This document shows, piece by piece, positions 1 to 11,261 of a stretch of 64,000 nt of DNA (within the stretch, counting starts at the first letter, position 1; every line of letters begins with the position of its first letter). A program made the position numbers and the translations under genes. The notes under the pieces were generated by a model. The model saw nothing but the letters and a program-made list of their open reading frames with translations, was not told the DNA's origin and did no database searches. Location of the stretch: contig JAMWBK010000001.1 of the NCBI GenBank assembly GCA_029953675.1, positions 1,116,001-1,180,000 of the forward strand, read 5' to 3'. This stretch comes from Rhodosorus marinus CCMP1338 (lineage: Eukaryota; Plantae; Rhodophyta).

Positions 1-149
1 ATATGGTACGGCGGCTGTCGTCACAGGTGATCACCAGGTCGGCTACACGGCGTTCATCATTTTGAAAGTCCGCGACGGTTAAAGGTTTCTCACGTTCGAT
101 TTCCAGACCGGCTTGCCGGACTATAGGCCGAAGTTCCCGGTATAACAGG
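1..149 (-). mobile_element. CRE-family B fragment (RLE region), running off the left edge
   Basis: Near-identical to 19413-19560; encodes LLYRELRPIVRQAGLEIERE...ADLVITCDDSRRT on the minus strand. Confidence 0.9.
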
Positions 150-330
150 GTCGAAAAGGGCGACCATTGGCCCCTTTTTTGCATGCATGTGGGCTACAAC
201 TAGTTTTGAGCTAAACGTTCGCTCTGAGTTCCTGCAGGTTTGCACTGTCGGGTACCACGACGACGTGTGCCTCCTTGGACCACCAGCTGCGCTCCTCTTG
301 ACAGTAATCTGCCCTTGATGGTCACTTGTC
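150..330 (+). mobile_element. Degenerate CRE-B RT remnant
   Basis: gtaccacgacgacgtgtgcctccttgg matches the YHDDVCLLG region at ~48046; a decayed QQGDP-like segment lies upstream. Confidence 0.7.
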
Positions 331-849
331 AAATGAGCTAAGCCTGCGCAGGGCGGTTGATGGTCCAGCTTTTCCCGTGCACCTTTGCAACAATATCTTT
401 TGACTCTCGAACAGACGAAAACGGCGGCGTTAGTCTGAGGTTAGTAGAATGGGCGGCACCCACAAGCGGCCTAGTGGCAGGTTTAGCTCCTTTGACAGGT
501 TGCGCGCTCAAGGGTTGTACCGAAACCTGCAACAGGAGAATCCGTAGCTTTACAGGATCACCGTTTCTTCCGGTAAAACCATGAGGGATGCTACTATTGA
601 CCAGTCAGCCCTTTATAGCACTTAACGTCGAGTAAAAACAGTTTTCCCTATTCCCACCATTCCTCAGGTTAGAATTCCTCCTTGCTTCCCAGTAAAACCA
701 CCTGTCTCGTGCCAAACCATGGGAGGTACTGCCATGGTTCGTCACAACCCTTTAATCTTGGGTAAAAATCGGGGTTTTTTTGCTCTACCCGCAATTCCTC
801 AGGCTGTATAATCCTTCGGCTTTCGCCTTCCTGATTGAACGTTGGCCTA

Positions 850-1300
850 TGTGCTCGCCGAGGCACGCCACCGCCGCCTGGGCTTGCACACTTTTCTCCC
901 TAGTTCCTAGTTTCCCTTTTACGCCCGCGCTTAGTCTTTTTTTCCCCTCGGGGTTTTTTTTTTCAGCCTCTGATTAAACCATTCGTTCATTTACGCCCTA
1001 TGTGGCGCTTCAGGCATATACCTGAAGCGTTACACTACAGTAAAAAGTTGTGGTAAAAAGTCGATTTGCCCGCGTTCTCCGTTGTTGCTAGTTCGCTTTC
1101 ATGGCCTTGCGTAGCGCCTCAGACTATGCTAGTAGCTAATCGAACGATAGCTACGCTAGTCGCATGAATGCCGCTTTGATGTTGGAGGCGCGAGTACTTC
1201 GCCGCGCTTAGTCTTTTTTTCCCCTCGGGGTTTTTTTTTTTTTCAGCCTCCGATTAAACCATTCATTCAGTAGCTAATAAAGCCAGTAGAACCACCACCA
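850..1300 (+). mobile_element. Two family-A 3' stubs, each interrupted by a family-B 3' stub
   Basis: B stub 927-989 flanked by TTTACGCCC (918-926/990-998); B stub 1141-1268 flanked by AGTAGCTAAT (1131-1140/1269-1278). Confidence 0.85.
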
Positions 1301-1329
1301 ATAAAGGGATTTATTAACGTGTTTATTGA

Positions 1330-2410
1330 ATGAATTTATGAAACCGCTGAGTCTGACGGTTCCAACTGCTCAATCGGAGACTGAAAGAAAAAACCACAAG
1401 GAAAAAAAAAGACTACAGACGGCGAAGGTCGCGAAGTGCTGATTGACTAGCATCAGGTGAGAGAGCTATGATCACCATATCTCGGCAGCAAGCCTCTTCT
1501 ATTGGCAAAGAGTTTGCGCCAATTTTCTTAAAACTTTCAAAGCATAGACGTCCATTGGACCAAAAAGAAACTTGTTGACTACATTGGAACGGACAAAACC
1601 GTAGAAGATTGGGGCGGGCATAACAAGTGGGAGATTTGCGGACAGAACCGTCGGAAGGTTTGCAGACAGAATCCATGAACGGTTTGATGAAATGAGGGAA
1701 ACCAAATGACACCTTGTCTCTAATATGCAGAGAGCCTTCTAGAAGCCAAACTGTTGAGCTGGTTCCTTCTGAATGGTGTACTCGACCCCTGTCAAAATTC
1801 TCTTCTTCGGTCAAAGGGGAGCCCAACAGTCAAAAGAGAAAAGCCGAAAGAGCCCCAAAAAAACGTGGTGAATAGCTCGTAAATCTATTGTCGCTTCTCT
1901 GAACAAATTCACAATTCAATCGATAAGCTCCGGAAACCACTGACGATACTCCATCGAGTGCGGTTGGTACGGAAGTATAGGATAAGAGGAGAAGTTTACC
2001 ACAAGCATACACATGGTTTTGATAACACGGTGTTGGCTGAGATTAGTGGCAGGCCTGACACTTGTGAGATTCGTCATTCAGTCATTCCGTCGACGAACGA
2101 CGAATGGTTTAATCGGAGGCTGAAAGAAAAAACCCCGAGGCGAAAAAAAGACTAAGTGCGGCGAAGAACTCGCGCCTCCAACATCAAAGCATTCAGTAAC
2201 GTTTTCTGAAAAATTGGCTCCAATGGGATCATTAATCATTAATCGCCCTGACAGTCTCTCCTCGTTTACCGGTTTTAAGTTTCTTGCTGTGGCGTATGAA
2301 TGCTACTTTGATGTTTGGAGGCACGCGATCTTCGCTGCGCAAAGTTTTTTTGCACCTCGGGGTTTTTTCCCTGTGTCTCCAAATGAAGGACAAATTCATT
2401 CAATGATGCG
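1330..2410. mobile_element. Scattered older family-B 3' stubs (~1330-1435 -, ~2085-2190 -, ~2240-2410 +)
   Basis: Recognisable copies of TGATGTTGGAGGCGCG...CCTCGGGG-polyT-CTCCGATTAAAC-ATTCA. Confidence 0.7.
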
Positions 2411-2469
2411 CTTTCAAGTTTCATTCAATGAAGCTTTCCTGCTTCGAGTTTTCAGTAGGGGGAGTACTC

Positions 2470-3062
2470 CCTAGTCCCTAGTTTCCCTTTACGTCTTGCG
2501 TAGCGCTCAGGCTATACCAATAAATCACGTGCATAAGTCGGGTTTGGAGTGTTTGCGGAAATGCTTTGCTGGGCATCCTATGGAATACTTGGAACTCTTA
2601 CGCTGTTTCATGCGTCGCCCTGTGGCGATATCCTAGCAGCATGCTTGCCGAGGCGCGCCATCGGCTTGGGTTTGCTCGTTTTTCTCCCAAGTTCTTAGTT
2701 ACAGTCCACGCCATGCGTAGCGCTTCAGGCTATGCTAGTAAAACAACTGCATAGCCTGTGCGATATTCGAGTAGCATGCTTACCGAGGCGCGCCATCGGC
2801 GCCTGGGTTTGCACGCTTCCCTACTTAGTTCTTAGTTCCTTTTAACGGTTTGCGCAGCGCTTTAGGCTATGCTAATAAAGCCAGTAAAACCACCAGTACT
2901 CGAAGGGGCTAAACTGACAGTGTCGCTCTTTGGCCGTATTCTAGCAACATGTTCGCCGAGGCGCGCCACCGCCGCCTGGGCTTGCACGCTCTTCTCCCAA
3001 ATCCCTAGTTTTGCTTTACGTCTTGCGTAGCGCATCAGGCTATGTTCGTAAAACCACCACAG
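2470..3062 (+). mobile_element. Head-to-tail array of about four family-A 3' stubs
   Basis: Repeated GAGGCGCGCCA.CGGCG...CCTAGTT...TTGCGTAGCGC.TCAGGCTATG.TA.TAAA units. Confidence 0.8.
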
Positions 3063-3642
3063 TGGAAGAAACGAAAATGTTCCTATTCAGATACACCAGA
3101 CAAACCGAAGAACAGAAATACATCTGCCCGCTCTAGCCGCACTGCTCAAATTATTTCTGAACAAAAGAAAAACTAAACAGGAGCGAAGCAGAATTTTTTT
3201 TTCCGTAGAATTGTTGGATATTACGCAACATCCAGAGAGACGGGGAGAACACCGGATCACTTTCTGAAAAGCACGGCCAAGCGATGTGATGAATGATGGT
3301 GACATCTCACATATGGAACTGAGTGTGGGTGGATGATAACACAGTGAGCATCATATTTTCCGAGTCAAGTGAGTTCTTAGTTACAGTTACTTAAATGCCC
3401 ACCACCAACCACTTAAATGCGTTATAAACGTTAAGACTTAAGATGAGGATGCTTCAGGAGGGTATCCGGTTTAAAAGCAAAATCCTTGAGCGTTCAGGTC
3501 GGTCTGCGGTTGACTAGCTCGCTGCGTTAAATATTTTCTGGTGGGGAATATTTCATATCTCCTGTACTCCAGAGCGCAGGGACACTGTTGTTGGGACAGC
3601 GAAATTATTTGTAAGGAGTTGGTTACAACTTTGGATAAAACT

Positions 3643-5529
3643 ATGGCGGACCTTGCGGATGTGCGTGACGAGGTGTCGAGCGATGGGGAGAAGAACGTGG
3701 ATGTGGAGATGGGGATGGGCTATGCGGAAAAAGAGAGGGTCCAGTCAACGATTAGCACCATTTTGGAGCCTGTTCACCTCCAGTGGCAGGACTTGACGTA
3801 CGCTGTCAAAGGCAAGAAGGGAAAGCAGATCCTGAAGCCGATGAGCGGCGATGTGAAGCCAGGGCAAATGCTTGCGATCATGGGTTCATCTGGTGCTGGA
3901 AAGACCGTGCTTCTCGACCTTTTGGCGGGGAAACTGACATCGTCGCAGAACGTTGCAACTGGCGGACGAGTGTTTGTCAACGGGGAAAAGCGCGACTTCA
4001 AGAGTTATGGGAAATACTCCGCGTATGTAGGGCAGAGCGACAACATGTTTGACACACTTACTGTTGAGGAACAGATTCGGTTCTCGGCGGATCTGAGACT
4101 GCCGACGAAACTCGGAAAAGAGAATCGCCGTGCAATGGCTGATGAGATCGTCATCGAGCTGGGCCTCCGGAATGTGAAGGAATCGATGATTGGTGGGGAG
4201 CGTGTTCGGGGAGTGAGTGGAGGAGAGAAGCGAAGGGTTACTATTGGGACGGAACTTGTGACGAGTCCGTCGCTGATCTTCCTGGACGAACCTACTGCAG
4301 GGCTGGACTCGTTCAACGCACTGAATGTGATGCAATCGTTAAGGAGCCTAGCGAAAAATGGAAGGACTATTGTAACCACGATCCATCAGCCCAGGTCGAA
4401 CATCTTCTCGCTTTTCGATCAACTGCTGCTTCTGTCTAAAGGGGAAGTCGTATACTTTGGCCCCGCCAACCAAGCGGTCGCTTACTTTGCGAGACTGGGC
4501 CACCCCTGTCCCCCAGAGTTCAATCCCGCTGACTTCATGGTCGACTTAATCTCTTCGGACTCGAGGACGAACGCGAGGAGGGAGGAAAGCGATGAGAGAA
4601 TAGAGATGCTGGCTTGTGCGTACTCGAAAACTTCGAAAGTCGGTGCCATACTTGACGAATATGAGAAGCCAGCTCCAGTGGATGAAGAGCAGGACAGAAA
4701 GTTCTCGAAGTATAATTCCATCTGGACGGAGGAATTGGCGTATTTGCTTCATAGGTCTCTCATTTTGATGAAGAGGGACTCAACTGGAAACATTTTGAGA
4801 ATTGGTATTCAGGTACTCTTGGGCATGGTGCTAGGTCTGATCTGGTTTCGCGTAGGCTATGACTATTGGGACGACCCAACAATGGATCGATTTAATGCTC
4901 TCCAAGGAATGCTCAGTTTCAGTGTTGTCGACCAATGCTACAACTCGGCGCTTTCGATCGTGTTTGTCTTTCCAATGGAACGGACGATCGTGCTACGAGA
5001 ACGCTCCAGCAGGATGTACAGGGTGTCTTCTTACTTCATATCGAGAACGCTCGTTGAACTTCCGAAAACGATTTTGCTCATGCTGATATTCACGACGATC
5101 ACCTACTTCCTTGTTGGACTACGCATGCAGGCAGGAGTTTTCTTCGAGTATACTTTGATCGTATTTCTCACAATTTGGGCTGTGGAGAGCTTAACAATCT
5201 GTATTTCAACGTTCGCTAAAGATGCACATATTGCATCTGCGATTTTACCACTGTTCGTCAACCTAGCATTCCTGTTCTCTGGCTTCTGGATTGATATGGA
5301 CCTCGTACCGGCGACGCTGAGATGGTTGCAGTATTTGTCTTTTATCAAATACGGGCTCACGCTGATTATGTACAGTCAATTCGATGGCGACGTGAACGAG
5401 GACCTCATTTTACAACGTTACGGAGACGTTTCACGTGGAGCAGCGTATGGTGTTCTCATCGGATTTATCATTTTCTTCCGGATTTCGGGCTATTTATTCC
5501 TCCGCATTAACAAACCGCAGAAGAGCTAA
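3643..5529 (+). CDS. ABCG (White-like) half-size ABC transporter, intronless
   Basis: Walker A GSSGAGKT, signature VSGGEKRR, Walker B LIFLDEPT, TIHQP H-loop, C-terminal ABC2 membrane domain; first ATG at 3643 (MADLAD). Confidence 0.95.
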   Translation: MADLADVRDEVSSDGEKNVDVEMGMGYAEKERVQSTISTILEPVHLQWQDLTYAVKGKKGKQILKPMSGDVKPGQMLAIMGSSGAGKTVLLDLLAGKLTSSQNVATGGRVFVNGEKRDFKSYGKYSAYVGQSDNMFDTLTVEEQIRFSADLRLPTKLGKENRRAMADEIVIELGLRNVKESMIGGERVRGVSGGEKRRVTIGTELVTSPSLIFLDEPTAGLDSFNALNVMQSLRSLAKNGRTIVTTIHQPRSNIFSLFDQLLLLSKGEVVYFGPANQAVAYFARLGHPCPPEFNPADFMVDLISSDSRTNARREESDERIEMLACAYSKTSKVGAILDEYEKPAPVDEEQDRKFSKYNSIWTEELAYLLHRSLILMKRDSTGNILRIGIQVLLGMVLGLIWFRVGYDYWDDPTMDRFNALQGMLSFSVVDQCYNSALSIVFVFPMERTIVLRERSSRMYRVSSYFISRTLVELPKTILLMLIFTTITYFLVGLRMQAGVFFEYTLIVFLTIWAVESLTICISTFAKDAHIASAILPLFVNLAFLFSGFWIDMDLVPATLRWLQYLSFIKYGLTLIMYSQFDGDVNEDLILQRYGDVSRGAAYGVLIGFIIFFRISGYLFLRINKPQKS

Positions 5530-5798
5530 GTTGGGGAGTGGACAGGCTGCGCATGCCGAGCTGTAGTACCCTTCCGAACTCTCCGTGCTAACTACCGCTG
5601 TAGTTGTAGTTGTAGATTTTCAGCAACGGTCGTTTGGCAGTGATAACCAGTAGAACCTCACTATCTTTGTAAAGATCTGGCTTTATTGGACTTTACTGGC
5701 ATTATTGGACTTTACTGGACTTTACTAGCATAGCCTGAAGCGCTACGCAAGGCGTGAAGATGAACTTTACTAGCATAGCCTGAAGCGGTGAAGATGAA

Positions 5799-8700
5799 CT
5801 AATAACTAGGGAGGGAAGCATGCAACCCCAGGCGCCGATGGCGCGCCTCGGAAAGCATGTCGCTGGAATATCGCCAAAGGGAGACACTTAAACGCCTCAA
5901 GACCGCCAAATATTCAGTAGGATGCTCAGCAAAACATTTCCGCAACCACTCTAAACCCGACTTATCCACGTGACCAAAGCTTTCCACAATGAATGGCTGG
6001 AACCGGTGAGAGCGACCCTCAGCGCAAGGCAGACTGGCCATGCTCTCAGCATACCGTCGTTCCTTAACTCTTCGAAGGGCTGAAGCCGCGGCCCCCCGGC
6101 GGCGGGCGGCTGCGGTGAGGTGGGCGCTGGCCACGGGGCAGGTAATCGCAAGGTCCACATATGTTGAGCGTCTGGCAGCAGCGTCGGAGACGAGGAAATC
6201 GGCTATACAACGGGGCGGTGCAGAGTCCGAGATTGATCTGGGCAGTTCCGACTCAACCTCAACCGTATGCCCTATCCGAGTCAAAAATTCGCTGAGGATG
6301 TACTTGAGGCGAGTGTGACGCCTCGTACGGAGACCTCGCAACAGTCCGCAGGAACCCAGGAAGTGGTAGCCACAAGCGTCAATCCGGCTCTCACATCCCT
6401 GACAGAAACACGGCCGATTAGAGTGCCACGGAGGCTGTGGCAAACCGAGATAGATCCGTGCGGCAGAACGGAACTGGAAAGCATCGAGACGATGACTCAA
6501 TGACGACGGTAGAGTGGTTAACCACAAGTGCGAGAGGTGGCCTCCCATGCCGCGGAGACGAGCGTCAGTGGTAGGCGGCGTGAGAGGAGAATTGAGCATG
6601 ACTGTGTGAGCGGCACTGTGTTGGCCCCAGGTGAGGCTATGTTGAATCACATCAGTGCGGGAGCTCCACAATCGGCTCAAACCCGGGTAGTCTGCAACAG
6701 GGGACCCGGGGCTAGCCTCTCCGTCATCGGCAAGAACTCGGTCGAGGGGACAATCCTCAATCGCTTCCAGCTCGTCCCCATAACAGCTCCCTCCAGGAAC
6801 GAAAGCGGGACCGATTTGCGTCCGGCACGGCGTTGCACCTCCTGAACGCGTGTTGAAGACCATCATAAATTGTCAAAAGCGGGGGCGGCAGGGTCACTGG
6901 ATCCTCGTTGGTCAAAGCTCGAGCCAAGAGGCAGGCACTTCGCATCTGGAAGGTCACCAACGTTCGCAGCGCGGTAGCCCAGGAGGCAACCGCCGCTGGC
7001 GAGCATACCAGCCCACGGTCTGCGACGCCGAATCCCCCTAATCGCAACGGTAGAGCGATCTGTGCACGAATCAAGTCCCTGTCGGGAGCAGCTTCAAGAT
7101 CGAGGGGCTCATCCAAGAGCGTTCCCCAGTGTTGCAGGGTCATTTCGTCTGCTTTAGCCGCGATCCACGAGCCCCAAGCTGGAGGCAGGCTGCGCAACCA
7201 GTAGTTGAGTCTGGGACCGGCACAAAAGCGGGAAAACAAGCAGGCCGATTGCAGCATGCTGTCGGGTAGGTGCTCAATGGCGTCGGTGAGTTGCTTGTGC
7301 CGTGCCAAAACTCGCTCGCAGGATGCTTGGACAAAGTTGTCAGTCCCCAATCCGACGCCGTGGTGTTCGAACCCTTCACGTTCGCTGATTAGTCGCAGAG
7401 TGGGTGGCAGAGAGGTCAGCGACACGTCCCTCGGGGGGAGAAAGCGACATTTTTCTGTTTCCACAGTCAAACCGACGCGACGTGCAATCGCTTCGATCGC
7501 GGTCAGTCCCCTAGCCAGGGTGTCAGGGGTGCCCAGCAATGTTACGTCATCGTGGTACGCGCAGATTCGAAGATCCGAGACCTCAGTCGAAAGACGTAAA
7601 AGTACGAGCTGTAGGGCACAGGCATGAAGAAGAGGTCCGCAAGCGTCCCCTTGTTGGACGCCTGTATGTGCTTGAAAAACAGTGCCCTCCGTTGTCAAGT
7701 AGGGGAGGCTCTCCCCTCCGTAAATACCCGATAGAAACGGCCACGCCTCCGGAAACACACGTCGGAGCACCTCTAGCGCATGCGTCCGCGACACGCTGTT
7801 GAAATGCGTTCCGGAAATCAACCACCAAGACTCCCCACTCCGGCCTACTGGCGCGTTCTAGCTCGATCCCATGGGTGATCAGTTCGCAACCCCCAGAAAA
7901 TCCCACCCCTACTTGCAAGGGCGCCATAAAAGCTGTGACGCGCTGGCGAAGGCGCTGGCATAGCCACCTCCCGGCTAACTTCCGTAGGCTCTCCACCATC
8001 CCGATCGGCCGGAGACGCGGGTGGGCCGGCTGGTGGTCAGGTTTCGTGAGCAAGCAAAGCTGTGCCTGCCGGAGATGTTCCCATGGCGCAGACGCACCCG
8101 ATACGCCCTGGAACAACTTGTTAAGGATCCTCAGAAGCGCGCTCTTGCCAGGCTGGCTCAGGGACTGCAATAGCTCTGTTCTTAGTCCGGAGGGTCCGGG
8201 ACAGCGTCCCCGACGCGAGGTAGGAAGCAAATCCTCCAGGTCAGACTCAGTGAGCGTCAGATCGATGCGAAACCTGGCCAACTCCGGACGGTCCAAGAAT
8301 ACCTCGAATTCAGGGGACAAATCCACGTCGGACTCAGGGAACAAAGACCACACCGTCTGGGCGAGACTATCATCGTAGGGGAGGACAGGCGCCTGGCCCT
8401 CCAAAACCCGCGCCGCTCGACTTAAATCGCCCACTGCTACCAATTTCTGTACTCGAGCCGGCACGGGCGACACTGTGCCATGCCGAGTCCGACGGGCGGA
8501 TGGTGCTGACGACGCCAAATAGCTGCGCTGTAGTACTTCGAAGTCTCCCTTCAAGAACAGGGCCAGTCGGTCTCGTACTCGCCATCTGCGCTCCGATGTG
8601 TGAATGGGGGCCAGAATCAGGCGCGGCATGACCCCCAGAAAAACCCAAATGACTGTGTCCAGAATGTTGCGAGCCAGGCTCGTGAAGATGAAATCGAGAA

Positions 8701-8872
8701 TGGTTCCAGCTACTAGGAGGTCTCCACGAGGAAGGACGACTGGGGGAATGCCCCCACGGAGGGGAAGCGAGCCTCCTTCCAAAGAAATCCACCGCCGGAG
8801 CCAACTCCGAAAACGCGTACGCCAAATGCCCCAGTCTCCGCTCTCCTTCAGGACATAAGACTGTAGATCCAT
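5799..8872 (-). pseudogene. CRE-A1 ORF2 (RT, CCHC knuckle, RLE), two frameshifts
   Basis: QVGVGFSGG, VDFRNAFNSVSR, GVQQGD, AYHDD, CQGC..ID..GYHFLGSC, RHT, ADFLV..YVDL..KERRY..FQPFIVESFG spread over three overlapping ORFs. Confidence 0.92.
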
Positions 8873-8903
8873 AGGCTGCGACCTCGTAGCCGTGCCTGGA
8901 GCG

Positions 8904-10312
8904 CTAATCGTGCTTCTCCCCCTTAGACCCGGGGAAGTCGGTCCTCGCTCTCTTACCTCCTATCCGCACCAAAGTCGTGAGCCGCCCACTCCGCGAGGCT
9001 CGCGGAACGGATCCCGCGGGCTTCAGCAAAGTAACCTGGGCGTCCTCCACCGCCATGCCCTCAGTCTGCTCCCCTTCCTCACCACTCTCGCTGGAAGTAG
9101 TGCTGGAAGCAGAGCCCTCCAAAATCCCCACCCGCTGCAGCTCTGTCTTGTAGCGCGAAGTCAGCACAAGTCGCCTCTCCAGATCGAAGAAACTGGAAAC
9201 CGCCATGCGCAGGTGACGAGGGCCCGACCGGAACCGCTCCAACAAGATCCTCTCAAGGCGCTGAATCCGTAGCCAATGGATCGCTGCCGCCTTCACGCTG
9301 CTCTCATGCTCAGAGAGCCCTGCCGTTTCTCCCGGAGACAGGAAATTGCCCGAGAAAGGGTCAAAATCGAAGTGCAAAACCACCTGCGGGTTGCAGCGCA
9401 GCCACCGGGCGGTCTCAGGCCACTGCTCGGTAGGCTTCGCCAGCAAGGCCTCCAGGTACTTGGCGGCGGTTGCGGAGACCAAAAACAGCACATCGCGGCC
9501 CTCATAGTTTGCGAAGAAGAAATCACCCCGGCTGCACCCTAACGATTCCGCAAAAGTGTCCCGGAAGTCTCGCATAGACGGAACCTGTCCTCGTGTAGTC
9601 TGGGGCCGGACATTTCGCACCCACAGAAATTGGAGAGTGGTCTCCACAGGTCCATCCTGAGGCTCGCGATATGGTATGAAACGGAGCATAGCCGCCGTAC
9701 GTGTGGCAGTGGTGCCCTTCCGCAAGACTGATGCGTACGAAGCGCCCCCTTGCGGCCACCACGTGCCCCCGAAGTAGCCGGGAGCTGGTGACCACCTGAG
9801 GGCTGGTCCAAGAGAGGGAAGTCCACAGCTGCAGTCTCCTCCACACCGGTTGCCGCACAGTCACCACCACCATTGCCTCGAGTCCCCGAGCGCTGAAGCG
9901 CGTTTTGGCCCGGCCTGCCGCTCCCCAACGTCGTACTGTCCCGCGCAGAAGCAACAGCCCTCGCCTGTCCCGGGACAGGTTCATGTTGATTGACCTGATG
10001 TTGACTGCCTTCAGCCAATCCTGCCACTCTGGGGCAATTCAAATTCTCGTCCGAATTTGAATTTGACCTGGCCAGCAATCCCGATTCCAGCCCACCTAGC
10101 TTCTGGGTGAGCTGAGGGAGCACTCCACGATCACTCGCAGCCGTGATCAGGCTGGTGACAGCGGAGATAAGTGCACGCGCCTGGGTGCCAGAAGCGCCTT
10201 CCAAGTCAACCTCGGAAGAAAACGTGCCGCAGCTGAGGCGAACACGGAGTCCCCCACCTGGCAGTGCCTCCTTGGGAGGAGGCTCCGTCGAGCGCGGAGA
10301 TATCCCTACCAT
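8904..10312 (-). pseudogene. CRE-A1 ORF1 (~470 aa), one frameshift near 9745
   Basis: Begins MVGISPR, homologous to the B ORF1 start MVGVSPP; collinear with 33204-34613. Confidence 0.8.
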
Positions 10313-10629
10313 CCTCAGGGAATGCGCAAAGGAAACGTTGCACCACCAATATGAAACCGCACCGAGAGAATAATCGACCAAACCCAACCCAAATAGGAAA
10401 GGCCCCGCAACACACCCACCCGGAAGACAGAAGTAGTTGCAAATGCAAACGACGCCCCGCGGAAAATCGAGGGGAAGGCGTACCCACTGGCATTATTAGC
10501 ACAGCTTCTTCTAAAGAAGCTTGGTCAGTTTAGATTCTTCCCCGATTGAAGGAGCAACATGAGACAAAGAGCAAGGCCACCGCGCAAAGAGCGTTCTCAA
10601 AGGCTCCAGGTGTTCGCTGTCGAATGTAG

Positions 10630-11255
10630 CGGTGAGAGTCGCTCCCACCGGTTCCAGCCTTTCATTGTGGAAAGCTTTGGTCACGTGGAGAAGTCGGGTT
10701 TGGAGTGGTTGCGGAAATGTTTTACTGAGCATCCTGTTGAATACTTGGAACTTTTGCGGTGTTTAAGTGTCTCTCTATGGCGATATTCGCGTACCATGCT
10801 TGCCGAGACGCGCCATAGGCGCCTAGGTTTGCACGCTTCCCTACCTAGTTCTTAGTTCCTTTTCACGCATTCTCGTAGCGCTTCAGGCTAGTAAAGCCCG
10901 GAATAGATAGGGCATACGGTCGAGGTAGAATCGGAACTACCCAGATCGGTCTCGGAATTACATGCCCTATGGCAAGCGCCCATCTCAGAGCTGCCGCCCG
11001 CCGCCGGGGAGCAGCTGCTTCGGCCCTTCGCCGCGTGAAGGAACGACGGCACGCTGAGAGTATGGCCAGTCTGCCTCGCGCTGAGGGTCGCTCCCACCGG
11101 TTCTAGCCTTTCATTGTGGAAAGCTTTGGCCACGTGGAGAAGGCGGGTTGGAGTGGTTGCGGAAATGTTTCACTGAGCATCCTGTTGAAAAAGGCGGGTT
11201 GGAGTGGTTGCGGAAATGTTTCACTGAGCATCCTGTTGAAAAAAAAAAAAAAAAA
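10630..11255 (+). mobile_element. Two CRE-A2 3' fragments; the second ends prematurely in an internal duplication and an oligo(A) run
   Basis: RSHRFQPFIVESFGHVEKSGLEW variant; tail AGTAAAGCCC at ~10891; A-run at ~11239-11255. Confidence 0.85.
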
Positions 11256-11261
11256 GTCCTA

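Larger units (their letters stand above)
5690..10485 (-). mobile_element. CRE-A1 copy 1, near full length non-LTR retrotransposon
   Basis: ORF1 + ORF2 (RT-RLE), 3' UTR stem and AGTAAAGTCC tail; candidate 12-bp TSD actggcattatt at 5695-5706 and 10486-10497. Confidence 0.95.

Noticed and set aside
600-2050. Short ORFs 669-866, 1413-1826, 1830-2012
   Set aside because: No motif recognised; partly overlap element stubs
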